Source: Asterionella formosa (Eukaryota). Taken from it: DNA of 64,000 bases. The DNA lies in assembly GCA_002256025.1 (NCBI GenBank), contig NKIB01012442.1:1-64000 (forward strand). Reading direction: 5' to 3'. The stretch's first letter is position 1. The number at the start of each line of letters is the position of its first letter. Below are positions 10,510 to 22,894 of this stretch, piece after piece. Position numbers and translations under genes: made by a program. The notes beneath the pieces were generated by a model. The model was not told the DNA's origin, did no database searches, and saw only the letters and a list, made by a program, of their open reading frames with translations.

Positions 10510-13500
10510 ATGTTGCGGGTACGAATTAAGGACGTGCTGGTGGCCGCCAAAGTAGACATAGATGAACGCCAAGATATAATGGATATATGGGAAGGTTGGC
10601 TTGACTACAGTCCGAGCAGCAGTTGGGACGGAAATACTATCGAAGATTCGGCGCCGCTGTCTGAAAGTGTTTTCAAGGCAATCGGCAATCTCCTAACCAG
10701 CATGTGGACGCTCCCCATTTCCCCGTTGGAGCATAAAGTTGGATCATTGAGACAAGTGGAGGCAGTCAAGGCAACAACATGGCTTTGTCATGTGATGGAG
10801 ATGCATGTGCACGCCGAGAAATCCTTCACTGAGCTCCTCCTCCTCTATTCTTCGGAACCCTATCTTCTTGAGGCACTGTATCACCACCTCGGAATGCTTC
10901 CGCAGATACAAGATGCTGTGAATCAATATTCTCAGTCGTTTATGAAAAAATTTGATGCTAAGACATCGCGATTTGATCACTTCCAACAGACACAGATAGC
11001 CACCCAACGCCTGCAGACCGAGGTTGACAATCACATCATTCGACTCGAGCATGTGATTGGAGAATTTTATTCTGCCGGCCTCGTTTCTGCTCGTATTCAA
11101 TGTCGTCGACACTTAGGTCACTTTTGGTACAGTTTTATACGGTCAACAGAAGGGAAATCAAGTGGCGTACACGAAAATACTAGTGCTACGGGTCTTGACA
11201 TGACGCTTCGAATACTCTTTCGCGTTCTACAAGGAGCGTCCTCCCCGCTACAACCTTCCTATCGGCATTTGCTGTTCTATATTCTATTACCACTACATCG
11301 ACCCTCATCTATGGTGCTGTGGCGTGATCAGACTCCAATACTAGACCTTTATCACGAACCACTCGTACAAAGTATCGCATTCCTTCTGAAAGAGCAACCA
11401 GAATGGAAGTCTCCAACCATTAGTGCACTCATTGCCAGTGACATCTGGCCTCACGCCAAAGGAGGCTCAAATGGTTCGAATACGCCCAAGATTGTGCTCC
11501 TTTTGCACGAAATAAATACAATATTAACTCTACCGGGGGACATTGATGACCACACGTGGGATGCTTTCATCGCTCGGTTAGTTCTGTGTATGGCATCTGA
11601 TAACTCTCGTCTGGCTGAACAAGCGCTGCTATTTTTTAGGAACGAAAGTTTCAATGTGTTGTTCCGGTCTCACCTACTATCCTCTCTGCCAACCGTATTG
11701 CATGCCATAGTTAAAAAAGATTTGCCGTGGAATCCGACTGTGCGCAAGATGACATACCACGTCCTGAAAGATCTATTGGACGAGAACGGGACCGCTTTCG
11801 CTGCAGCTTGCAGAATTGCGTTTACCGATGGCGGAATGAGTACGGTCAAAGCTGTTCCTTTATCTTCTTGCCCTGGATCAGCTTTCAAACCTTCGAAGGA
11901 AGAGAAATATGCTCCAGACTTTTCTCTGAAGGCCGCCATGGGAGATTGGAAGCCACCGATGCATTCACAAAATCAAAGGCCAGTGAAACATTCAATGTTG
12001 CCGCCTCCCAAAAGGCCACCGAAATCGAAGGATCCACCAAGTTCAATCACCGGCATCGCGCCATGGGCAAGACCCCACACGGGAAACCCACCTTTGACAG
12101 TCACTGGGGTAGCGCCCTGGACTTTGGAAGGAGTTCGGTCGACGAAAACGTCATCTCCAGTGATTCCTCATCTTGCCCCCATAGGGGATGACTTTGATGA
12201 CGAGAATTCGGAAACGCAAGCTCTTTCAAAAGTTATTTCTTACATGAATCAAATCAAACCTGTGGAAGATGAAAGTGATGGAACATCTTCCTGGGCAAAG
12301 ACGCAAATGGCAGAATCTCCTACCCTGTTGCCTTCACTCAAGTTTCACGACCTGGTGTTTGGACATGAATTAGGAAGTGGGGCATTCGGAACTGTGAAAT
12401 ATGCTCGTGTCATTGACAAGACAACAACTAGATCGTCATGGCCAGAATATGCAGTCAAAATTATCTCCACGACGAAAATTGTAGAATTGGGATATGAACA
12501 CTCTGTGAGACGAGAGATTGCAGTATTGCGGGTGTTATCGCATCCTGGAATCGCGAGACTGGTTTCGTCGTTTCGATTCAAAGATGGGGCTTACCTTGTG
12601 TTGGAATACGCTAGTCGTGGCGATTTACATACACTCCTTCAAACTAGTGGCTCTCTGGACAGCGAATCAACGAAGTTTGTGATGGGCGAAGTGATTGCTG
12701 CATTATCAAGTATTCATGAGCTAGGTTTTGTATATGGGGATCTGAAGCCAGAGAATGTTTTGATTACTGAAACGGGCCATATTAAGATTACCGATTTCGG
12801 AGCTTGTCGACCTGTCACAAATGCTGCGAAGAATGCCATTGGTGGCAGAACAGTGAATATCATCAACGAGCTTCGCGATGGAGATTGGAAGTCAAAGAAG
12901 ACAAAAGAAGACCTTATGAAGACAGAAGAAACTATTATCACAGGTTGGAGTGGCCCTAGCAACGAGGACTCATTTGAGATCACAAGCGGAGATGAAAACG
13001 AGGAAGACGACAGAATCGAAGGGACGACCGCATACCTTCCCCCAGAGGTTGTAATGGGCGCGGCTCCAACAACGGCTGCCGATGTATGGGCTTTTGGTTG
13101 CCTACTGTATCAATGCCTTGCTGGTAGGCTCCCGCTTCTCGAAGACGATGAAGACGCAACGAAGCAAAAGATTGTTCAATTCGCACATTCTGCAGAAGAC
13201 CAACAAGACCATTTGTTCAGCTCAATCCAAGCGAAAAATATCGCCCCGAAGGCACGAGAGCTAATTCGACGAATCCTCACTCAAAACTTAGTAGATCGGC
13301 CAAGTTTGAACCAAGTCGCCGATGATAATTTCTTTGAGGGAACGAACGTGTTCGCTCTCTACCGGGGTCAGGCCTATCCATTGAATATTGGAGCAGTGCA
13401 GCCCAAAGCAGAGGCTAAATGGACCCGAAGGCAGTTCAGCTCAATCTGGGCCCCTCAGCCCAAGTGCTATGATATAGCAATGCCAGATAGCGATGAACCC

Positions 13501-13599
13501 TCCTCCTTGAAAAATACTAAAACTGATATCATCGCGGAAGGGCAAGAAGGTTCGTCTTTTTTCTCGATCACATCTGACACAACTATCAGTGAAAATTAA
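10510..13599 (+). CDS. AGC/PDK1-like Ser/Thr kinase fused to an N-terminal PP2A B56-like HEAT domain
   Basis: Kinase motifs GSGAFG, YAVK, YGDLKPEN, DFG, GTTAYLPPE and DVWAFG. The N-part LLPLH...YHEPLVQ...WP...PKIVLLLHEI...AEQALLFFRN...WNPTVRKM matches the B56 regulatory subunit. Single uninterrupted ORF. Confidence 0.85.
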   Translation: MLRVRIKDVLVAAKVDIDERQDIMDIWEGWLDYSPSSSWDGNTIEDSAPLSESVFKAIGNLLTSMWTLPISPLEHKVGSLRQVEAVKATTWLCHVMEMHVHAEKSFTELLLLYSSEPYLLEALYHHLGMLPQIQDAVNQYSQSFMKKFDAKTSRFDHFQQTQIATQRLQTEVDNHIIRLEHVIGEFYSAGLVSARIQCRRHLGHFWYSFIRSTEGKSSGVHENTSATGLDMTLRILFRVLQGASSPLQPSYRHLLFYILLPLHRPSSMVLWRDQTPILDLYHEPLVQSIAFLLKEQPEWKSPTISALIASDIWPHAKGGSNGSNTPKIVLLLHEINTILTLPGDIDDHTWDAFIARLVLCMASDNSRLAEQALLFFRNESFNVLFRSHLLSSLPTVLHAIVKKDLPWNPTVRKMTYHVLKDLLDENGTAFAAACRIAFTDGGMSTVKAVPLSSCPGSAFKPSKEEKYAPDFSLKAAMGDWKPPMHSQNQRPVKHSMLPPPKRPPKSKDPPSSITGIAPWARPHTGNPPLTVTGVAPWTLEGVRSTKTSSPVIPHLAPIGDDFDDENSETQALSKVISYMNQIKPVEDESDGTSSWAKTQMAESPTLLPSLKFHDLVFGHELGSGAFGTVKYARVIDKTTTRSSWPEYAVKIISTTKIVELGYEHSVRREIAVLRVLSHPGIARLVSSFRFKDGAYLVLEYASRGDLHTLLQTSGSLDSESTKFVMGEVIAALSSIHELGFVYGDLKPENVLITETGHIKITDFGACRPVTNAAKNAIGGRTVNIINELRDGDWKSKKTKEDLMKTEETIITGWSGPSNEDSFEITSGDENEEDDRIEGTTAYLPPEVVMGAAPTTAADVWAFGCLLYQCLAGRLPLLEDDEDATKQKIVQFAHSAEDQQDHLFSSIQAKNIAPKARELIRRILTQNLVDRPSLNQVADDNFFEGTNVFALYRGQAYPLNIGAVQPKAEAKWTRRQFSSIWAPQPKCYDIAMPDSDEPSSLKNTKTDIIAEGQEGSSFFSITSDTTISEN

Positions 13600-14392
13600 G
13601 CTGGTATGCACAATCAATCCAAACATCAGATTGCCCTCCAACAGCTGCAGATCATGCTTCGGACGACCTTTATGTTCCAGGGCATATATTTGCAATTGAC
13701 TAGAGTTGCAGCTACCATTCATAGAAATAACATAAGCGATACCTTTTGTCCTACAAAGGTTGCATCGCAATCAATAATCGACGAACATTTCAACATTTGT
13801 CCCAGAAAACCTTTCACCTCGTCGTCATCTTTCTTGCCCATCAGACGGAACAACTCACTTCTCGAACAATACCAAGGGGAACTTCTCAACTCTCATTTCT
13901 AGAAACAGCTTTCTTTGAAACAAAGTTTTGGAAACCCGGGAAGTTGCATTCATTATTTCGTTAAGTGGCACTTTACTTACTCCCTTTAGGGCCTCAAAAT
14001 TTAACACTTCCTGTTCGATGTCCGGATCAAACTACCGTATGTAGCCTGATGGCTTTTAAGGGTTAAGTGTATAAAAGGAACTCATAGTAGTACTCTGAAG
14101 TCTTTCTTTCTGCTAGTCTATTGTATCTACCATGGTAAATTTATAACTAAACTAATTATGGAGTCGATGCACAGGAACGGCAAGACATGTCCTAAATTTT
14201 CTAATTGCATTAGTAAGAAGCACGGACCAACTGAACATTCATCGACTTTGCAAACAAAGCGTGCTGTGCTGGTTCCGGATGCGTCAATTCCATGCCTATA
14301 AACATTACTATGAATGATTGCGTGTGACGTTCCTCCAGAACCCATTGCATAACCCATACATATGAGTCAATCTTCAACAGATAGAGATATGT

Positions 14393-15393
14393 TTACTCTG
14401 GTTGTCCAACTTCGTCGGGTGTGTTGGCCCGTATTTGAAGTGCATGAATTTTGGGCATAATCTCGCGCAACATCAAGTAGATGAGTTGGTGCCTCTTGAC
14501 CAAATTTAAACCAGTAAACGCATCTGCAACAATCTCAAGCTCAAAGTGAGATTCTCCGTTGAATCCTTTGTTTCCAGCGTGGCCAGCATGTTGATCCGAA
14601 TTATCGACAAGAACAAGCTTTGTTGGTTTCAGCATCTGAAGAGCAGAAATGATGCCATTGTACATTGGCGCGTGGCTGTCAAGATCTAACGCAGTTGTAG
14701 CATCCAGTTGGGCGCTATCAGAGCTATCTGACGCATCTCGATCAAGCTGGACAGCCTTCTTTTTCATTGTGGCCAACATATTCAAGAACCCATTGTTTCG
14801 CCCGGGAGTCAGTGTGGGTCCAATTTCGGCTGCTTGAATGAATTGCGGGTCAACCTTTTGAATCTCATCCGCAGTGGATCCAGAGAGCCCACTACGACGC
14901 AACGAATGAAACATTTTAGCATAGTGAGCATTTCAAAGTCTCGGGCAAATTAATGTCGGCTTCCTCCTCATTATCAAACTTACCGAACAAGAAGGGCTAC
15001 CAATCCCTTAGTCAAAAGTCCATCCGAATCTCCGACAAAGTTGATTACATTTGCTTGCTTTTCCTCGCTCCATGTAGCAGTTCCATCAATGAAGACGGTA
15101 CTGAGACATCCAGGAACCTTGTTCTCGGGGGTACATTTTGCGGGGTCGATCTTGGGGAGCAAGTTTGCCATGTACAGCAACTGCTTGTGTCGCAGCTGAG
15201 CATCTGGGACCGACGCAAATGCGTCCGTGACTTTTCTCAGCTCAGCAGGCAGCCCAAGAGGATCAGTATCTGTCGATGATTCGACGGAGACGCGCAGTGG
15301 GACATACTGTTGTCGACTCCAGCCGTGCTTCGGAATGGTAAAGGCGTGCGCCGACGAGGCTAGCAGTAGAACTGCAAGGTTCAATACTTTCAT
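14393..15393 (-). CDS. SUFE1: Plastid SufE1-type protein (SufE + BolA fusion); exons 15393-14984 and 14891-14393
   Basis: Signal peptide plus AHAF plastid motif. SufE motifs ENKVPGCLS, DSDGLLTKGL and PGRNNGFLNM. BolA motifs HAGH, ESHF, VKRHQLIY and IHAL. A 92-nt GT-AG intron (14892-14983) restores the frame. Confidence 0.9.
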
Positions 15394-15832
15394 TTGTTAC
15401 TCCTTTCCTTTGCCTACAGGTGCTTCAGGGGTTTTGTAATTTCAATCTCTCCTTGTTCTGGAAATGACTTAAAGTTTTAATTATTTGTCAATTACTCGGT
15501 ATTAGTTTTTGCCCCAGGTCAATCAATATCCCGGTACACACCTGTAAGTAAATCTCATACGTAAGAAACAAGGGACCTTTTATCTCGCGCTGTTCTACTC
15601 GGCGTTTCACAGCAGCACCTACGTACTATGTACCGGTACTAACAACTATGATGTAGTAGCGCAATCCTGCGTATATAGCGACTCTTCCTCTCAGTATGCA
15701 CCGGTATATGCATCAGCTGAACTTTTGACTGTCACCACGTCAGCAATCACGTGATGTACGCGTACAAAAATTACATATGCGTCATCGGCGCATGTGATAC
15801 AATAGTACTGGTGGAGTACCTGGTACCTGGTA

Positions 15833-17726
15833 CCAGTAATAAATGGCTTTGAGCCACGTTTTTATATCGTTTTCCGACTAATTCTAGAAGTATGCTAAAA
15901 TCGATCCCCTCTTCCGCCCTTTGGCACGATATTACTTAGTCCGCCCTTTGGCACGATATTAGTTAGTTCATTAAGCTACTTGAGAATTTGATCATTTCTT
16001 TACTTGAACATATTTTAACTGAGATCTATCCCTTTTAAAAGTGACAAAAAAGTCGAAGTGGCTCAAAGCCATTGATTAAAATTTTAACATACATGATTAT
16101 ATCGTTTGCATGTTTTTTGGAAGTTTTTGCATCGTTTTTAGACTGAAAGTGTTCTTGTCACTTCTGTCTCCTCGTATTTTTTCGCAGAAGTTGTTGAATC
16201 ATTCTTTAGAATTGTGATCCTCCCATCATATCTTGTTGTGTAATTGGAGCAACCAAAGGGTGCAGAGGAAGTGGCGCCGTTACAGCAGTTGCAACTGGTG
16301 CTGCAGCATCGCTACACATCATGGTGTCATGGAATCTGGTAAATTGTAGCTTTTTGTTGTTGGTAATGGAAGATTACCTGCTCAGCCACTTGTACCATGT
16401 TGCCATTGTTTTTGTTTGTGATACTGTCCACTCAGCTGACTGATTGTTAAGCGATCTGATTGCATAAACCTTGTTTGCAAGCGCCATGAGTGCATCTACT
16501 TTCTTATTCTCTCGCTCACTCTGCACTTCTTCTGTTTGCCTCTTCCTTTTTAGCTGGTCATCGACCACTGCAGGACCCAACAAGTACCACCAGCAGCCAG
16601 CGACGAATTTCCGGATGGAGTAACAAGTTGTAGTTCAATGAAACCCAACCTCTTTCTGCAACACCTTTCTTTTTTGTAGCAATACGGGCAGAGGAGGCGA
16701 TTCATCCCATGCTTTCGACACTAGGTCAACAATATCTTCCTTTTCAACAGCAAATGCAGCATGGAGCCTTTCCTTTTGGTGAGTATGTCTCTCATGCATT
16801 TCGTGAGTTGGATCTTTAAATTTGAATTTATAGTCAGGGTAGAAATTGATGAGCTATGTCCTGCCAACGACTGTGAATCATTTATTGTCATTATAGCATG
16901 TAATTGCACTAGTGAATTAGTTGCCTTTCCCGCCTGATTTAGCTTCTACAAGTGGTACTGGACTATAAGTTTTGTTTACCAAGTCAGTGTAGCCGCCTTC
17001 GATGCAACAATATTCAATATTGCACCAAGTAGCTTGCCATTGTTATTTGCCTTTCAAGTTTCCAATTCCAAAACTATATATATTTTATAATAAGTGACGC
17101 TACAGTCCTATCCAAAGAAATGGGTATCACCTTGTACTTTGGGGGGTTGAGGCTGTTTTCTTACTGTCATAGGTTTCATCGTTGCTAATGAGATGACTGC
17201 GATCTGCCTCAATTTTTGGTATGTCGGAAGCAATTTCTGCTGTTAATTACGGTCTCTGACATGAAAAAGCAATTTCTGCTGTTAATTACAGTCTCTGACA
17301 TGAAAAGATGGCTCCATGTTTTGGCCTTCAAGAATATGGCATTCATTTACTAAGAGTGACTAATTTACTCATTTATTGCTATAGTACATGGTCCATGGCG
17401 GTTAAATGCAACTAAAATTATATTAGATAATAAGCTTTCTACACAAATGTATATATGTATTTCCAGGAGATGCCGGCTCAATGGTATAATGTTTTTGCCA
17501 CTTTTTGGCCGGTCGCTACTTTCTGACACATTTATCTGATTATCTAAAACACAAGAAATAGTCAACAACTAGATATGTTGTATCCGGCGCAACATCAGGA
17601 ACAACTTTGTCGTACTGAATGTAGTCATAACTGGAAAATTAGAAAAAATCTATGTATACATTGTGAATATTATATCGTTAAGTGACTCAAAGCCATTCTA
17701 AGTGGCTCAAAGCAATTTTTAACTGG
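15833..17726 (-). mobile_element. Degenerate TIR DNA transposon with TA target-site duplication (Tc1/mariner/pogo-like)
   Basis: Left end TA|CCAGTAATAAATGGCTTTGAGCCAC is the inverted repeat of right end GTGGCTCAAAGCAATTTTTAACTGG|TA. Internal copies of AAGTGGCTCAAAGC and broken minus-strand ORF remnants (16374-16583). Confidence 0.75.
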
Positions 17727-17736
17727 TACTCTAGTA

Positions 17737-19608
17737 TCAGCAAGTTGCGGTAATTTTGCTTATTGTGCTACGTACGTCGTTGTCTCGGCAATATGGTGAT
17801 TCCACTTGCAAGTTGATACATGTGTAACTCTTTGACGGCCGTTTGGTTAATCAACTGGCCGGCTGGGGGCCGGCTTGTTGTTCCGAATTATATTTAGATT
17901 AATATTATTTTAAGCCTAAAATATTGAGACCAATTTGTTTTGCTTATTCTGCCATTTGCTTCCATTGATTTTGCTTAAAGTAGGACCGTCCCACCTACTA
18001 CCAGTACCTGTTCTAATATAATCATATTATACCGGCAAAACACAAAACAGGTAACAGTGATATAATAGAGTCAAACAAAATATATTTTCTAACAAACGCA
18101 TAATGCATCATTGATTTCATGAACAATTTGAACGAAACAAAATTGCCTGTACTTTCCTTCTAACACACCATGCTCCCTCTCTCTGCTTCCGATTTTCTTG
18201 ATCTGGGCCTTCTTCATGCAGGATTTGATGAGAATAGGAATGAAAAAACATGCGATGCAACGAAACTTTGACAATTTTGTTCATTCTTTGGTCTCAGTCC
18301 ACAGAGTTCCATGAAGATATTTTCTGCATTGGAGTCAATGGATCATATTGGTACAGATCGAGTTAACAAGCCCAACCCTCTTTTCTTCTTGATCACCATG
18401 GATTGGTTAAGTACATTTAAGACTGAAGAGAAATTGGCCGGATCCTACAACATGGTGGAGAAGACCATATGTAAGCGTATTTGGGAGTATGCACTTGCAA
18501 TACAAGCGCTTAAGGCGGGAAAGGTGTCTCATAGTCAGATGCCTGCTTCTTTGATCCGAGGTAGTAGTTATAGTCATTAACTGACTTCTTGATGGTGTGA
18601 GAAGCATGATTGCTTCCTCCCTTGGCTTGAAACTCGCCCTTGGCCTGAGCCTTCTTGGAAAACTTTCCTTTGCCACTCATAATGCGCCTTGTACGACTTC
18701 TTCAGACTCTGGATGGTCTGGTACCCTCAAATCTTGTCTCCGGACTCTCCACGGTCCGCCTGTTTTTGATTGTAATATTATGGCGCTTCCTGGCCAGCTA
18801 ATTCTATCAAAACTGTTGAAATTGCGTCCTGAAGCCCTCTATTGCTTTCTTGTATCCTGTAAGGACAAGTCAGGGAACAAATAGGCTGTAGTTATGAACA
18901 ACGATGTTGCAGTAATCGATTGTGATTGTTCCTAAGAGCTTTAATAGAATTTTGGGTTTTACTGGCTGGCTAAGTAGATTGTTTTCGAATTCTGAGTTTT
19001 CTCTGGTACCATATTCTTTTGCTTCATTCGATTCAATATGTAGTACATAGGTAATTCATACCGGGATTTTTCATTCCTAAAATAATTTCTCCAACAAAAG
19101 GAATTGCAGCCAAAAGCCGAAGTTTCGAATTGCAATACTGGTACGGTACCATCATAGCCGGTTTTTTTTAACCTTCCTTCTCTATTAGTGACGCAGGCAG
19201 CTATACCGGTATGTACATATAAAATAAGGTTCACCGGTATACCGGTACTAGTAGGTATGATTGTCTACCGGTATATCGTTTTAGCAGCCAGAATATGAAT
19301 TAAGGACTTCTACCGGTAGTTTACTAAGCAAAATATTGCTTTAAGGACTGGTAGTTTTGCTTAAAGTAGAACCCATTTGCTTAAACTAAAATAGTCCTTC
19401 AGTACTTTAACTCGAAAAGACGATTCATCAAATCTGTGTTTTCTGAATTATCTGAAAATATCGAATTTTGTATAGTCTTTGTTTATTTTGGCCGGCAGTG
19501 CCAGCCGTTATAGGTTTCGAACTTTGATTTCTCAATGGCTGCCGAGTCGTGACGCACCTGTCAGATTGGGGAATGAAACGAAAAAGCAAAATTACAGCAA
19601 CTTGCAGG
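17737..19608 (+). mobile_element. TIR element containing a Harbinger/DDE_Tnp_4-like transposase N-terminal remnant
   Basis: TCAGCAAGTTGCGGTAATTTTGCT at 17737 is inverted to AGCAAAATTACAGCAACTTGCAGG ending at 19608. ORF 18311-18580 (WLSTFKTEEKLAG...VEKTICKRIWEYALAIQAL) resembles the HTH region of PIF/Harbinger-like transposases. Confidence 0.55.
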
Positions 19609-19627
19609 TGTACCAGGGGCGACCTAG

Positions 19628-21037
19628 GAAGTCCGGTGGCGCGCGTTCTATTCGCACCTTTCAGTGTCGACGCACTCCCAATGGATCATCTCATGCCTGC
19701 TGGAAGGGATTGGGCAGCTTTCGATTAAAAAAATATTCCTTAAGTAATTTACAAAAATGTAACTCTTATTGACAGAAGACGATTTGCACAGTGAGTCTCT
19801 GAACACAAATCAGATTAGCTGACTGATGAACGGGTTCAACAAACCGTCTTCTAGCGTTGGATGCTGACTGCGAATGGAACTCACTGACAGCAACTAGAAT
19901 ATGCTGACAACGACTAGAACTTGCAAAAAAGAATAGATTTTCTGAATGACCCTATCTATACCTATGAAGTATATACTACATGAACAATCACAACCACTTC
20001 CCCCTGATTGCCTTGCCAATACTACTACATATAAGCATATGTAACATCATATCTATATACATGACCACAGTCATTATCACACCAGATGCAACAGCCTACC
20101 GGCTGGGGTAGCTAGCAGTTACCACTATACTATTTGCAATGCATCATGCATATCATACATATCACCTATCGCATACACACTATGGCTACATAGGATATCG
20201 ATAAATATTTTCAGGGTACTGGTACCTGGTACCTGAGGTGGTCGTTACAGAAGCTTTTTTATAGCTAAGATGTTGCGATTTCTTTCTGTATATAAAACGC
20301 TGGAGTGCAGTTCTTGTGCGCGGCTGTAGAATCCTGCATCATGCCGTCTCTGCCTTGACCATGTCGAAAATAACAAGAGTTTCTCCATGGAAAATGAAAA
20401 CGACGCAATGCTATTTGGTAAATATATCTAAAACAACATAGATGATGCAAACGTAAATAATGTAATAACACTGATATTGACAACGAAAATTGAAGTTGCT
20501 GATGGCGCATTGCTTCACGTAGTAGTCTAGATTATGCACAATTCAAAACGACAAAGTTACGAAAAGATTTGACACTTTCACAGTGTGCGGCAACATGTAC
20601 AGTACTCTGTAGGTCGAACAAATTTTTTTGATTCCCTATTTAAGTAATGTCTATTAATAATCCATTGAAATTTTCAAAATGACTCTTTGTCTATGATTGC
20701 TGATTCAGTTGGCAACTACAACATGCTGCTACCGGTAGAAATCTGCTGACTACGGCTAGAAATCGCTGACTATGACTAGAAGTTATTGATTGGTGAAATC
20801 CAGTAGCAAAGTTGCTGAATACCATTACCAGTAGCTAGTAGTAGGTGAACACGTTTTCGAGTAGCAGAACATGACTTGATATAATGAATGATAATTTAAC
20901 ATTGTTGAAGAAAGTTACTTAAGAGAGTTTGGAATGAAAAGCCAATCTATCTGGCCTCGTCTGGCAGGTACGAGACAATCTCTTGGGAGGGCGTCGAAAC
21001 TGAAAGGTGCGCATAGAACGTGCGCTACTGGACCTTC
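19628..21037. mobile_element. Non-autonomous long-TIR element, GAAGGTCC family, copy 1
   Basis: Imperfect inverted repeats of at least 80 bp (GAAGTCCGGTGGCGCGCGTTCTATTCGCACCTTTCAG... versus ...CTGAAAGGTGCGCATAGAACGTGCGCTACTGGACCTTC), with subterminal GCTGACT repeats. Right flank is CTG. Confidence 0.75.
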
Positions 21038-22274
21038 CTGGTCCGAAATTCGTTACCAGTGATTCTGCGGCATCTTGATGATGACAAACACACAGCAACA
21101 TTTGCTTTTCCTGACCGACGCCTGTGGTTAGTTACTGGTATTTACCTACCAGCAGGCTGTGGTCATTTTGCTGAAATTGATAACGTGACGCAGGACAGGC
21201 GTTTAATTACATAGAAAATGTCATCAATTTACTCTTTAAAATCGTCTGTATGCATTGTGATCAACACTTAGTGACGTCCTAGGTTTTATGCTAATTATAT
21301 TCAACAAAACGGGGAAATATCAAGAGAACACAGCAACAACCAAGGTAATAGTGGTGCAGCCCGAAGCAAAGGTAAGCAATTCTTGCTTTCTTTGTTTTAT
21401 TCTCTCCAAACTCAAAATCATTCTCTTTTTTCTGCCGAATTGATGAAAACAACAACCTATCTTAATCAACGGTTTTCTAAGTCATAGGGATTGGAAATTT
21501 GTTACTGCCAGCATCATCATAGCAATGACCCCATGTAACTATATATTAATCATTTTTATAGCACATTCTTACTAGTCTATTCCTAGATTTGTCTTTGTTG
21601 CGCTCCATGACCCGCAACAGGAGAGGCGGTGGAGGGTTTGGGTTATTTGTCTCTTTCTTGTGTGCAAGTCTTGGTTAAAAAATTGCGGTAGCTTTGTTCT
21701 TGGAGCTCTTCTCTTGGGCTGCACTCCTCATGTCATTCGGAGAATTGGTTATTTGTGGTGGGTTGCGTGTATAATCGCCTTTTTTTCGCACGGCTTCCTG
21801 TGGTTTTGGTTGTTGTGTTTTGTGCAGTTTTGGTGAAAAATACACCTGAATTGATTGTTGTCCTGTTTCTGCTGCTCCCTTGGAAGGGGTGACCCTATAT
21901 AACTATTATAAACTACCAGTATGTATTTACAATATATACGCATGTTATGATGTTTACATGTATACTATACAATATACACTATATCAACTGTCGCATAATG
22001 AAGATAATAGTATACTGGTCGCCATGTTATGTATACTGTATTGACTGTTGACAAGGAGTACATAAAGTATAATGAAGACAATAGTTTTCCAGTAAGTGGT
22101 AAGCAAACAATTTTGAAATCTCATCACCATCATGCTTCCAACATTCCCATGTCACAATGACGCAATTTTGCGGCATCTATACAAGCAATCAAATCTAGGC
22201 TAATAAATAACTTGTTTTTCATCTTTTGCATTACTTAATCATGTTAGCGTTTTAGTCGTCTTTGTACAGGCAAT

Positions 22275-22560
22275 GTGAAAGTGTCAAATCTGCTGATAGC
22301 ATTGTTGTTTTGAACTGTGAATCTATAAATTTCATTAGAAAATGCGCTATCTGCTATTTCAATTTCCGTTGTCAATATTAGAGTTCTTACAACAATTCTT
22401 TTACCATTGTATTTTCTATATCGTGCTTTATAGATGTACCCAATAGCAAAGCGTCATTCTCATTTATATTCGTTATTTTTATCATGGTCGAGGCTGAGAC
22501 AACATGATGCACCATGCTTACTCCAGGCGCTCACGACGACTACACTTACTCTGTAGTGCT
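22275..22560 (-). repeat. Third copy of a ~300-bp dispersed repeat (others at about 20290-20582 and 58945-59180)
   Basis: The reverse complement shares TGCATCATG, CCTyGACCATG, GACAACGrAAATTGA and ATTTGACACTTTCAC blocks with 20290-20582. Confidence 0.6.
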
Positions 22561-22894
22561 ATACCGGTAAATATATTATACAGGATAGAAAAGAATTGAC
22601 CAATGATATACGGTTACCTGGTACCAGGTACTCGTCCCTTTATTAGCCATTGCTTTGTGGCAGCATGGATATAAATGGTAAGTAGTAGCGCGGTATCGTG
22701 TACCGTCGTACCGGTAGTTGCTATATCATTTTAAACAATAAATAATATTGCAACCGGTGTACCGGTATCTGATATGTAAACCACCTTTTTGTTAGTACAG
22801 ACAGACGTAAATTGACTGCATCCATCGTCCTCAATCGTAATTTATTGTTACATTTCATCCGTTGTCCGACATTTTGTATCTTTTTGATGAAACC

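Noticed and set aside
14393..15393. SufE-BolA fusion as a novelty
   Set aside because: This is the known architecture of plastid SUFE1.
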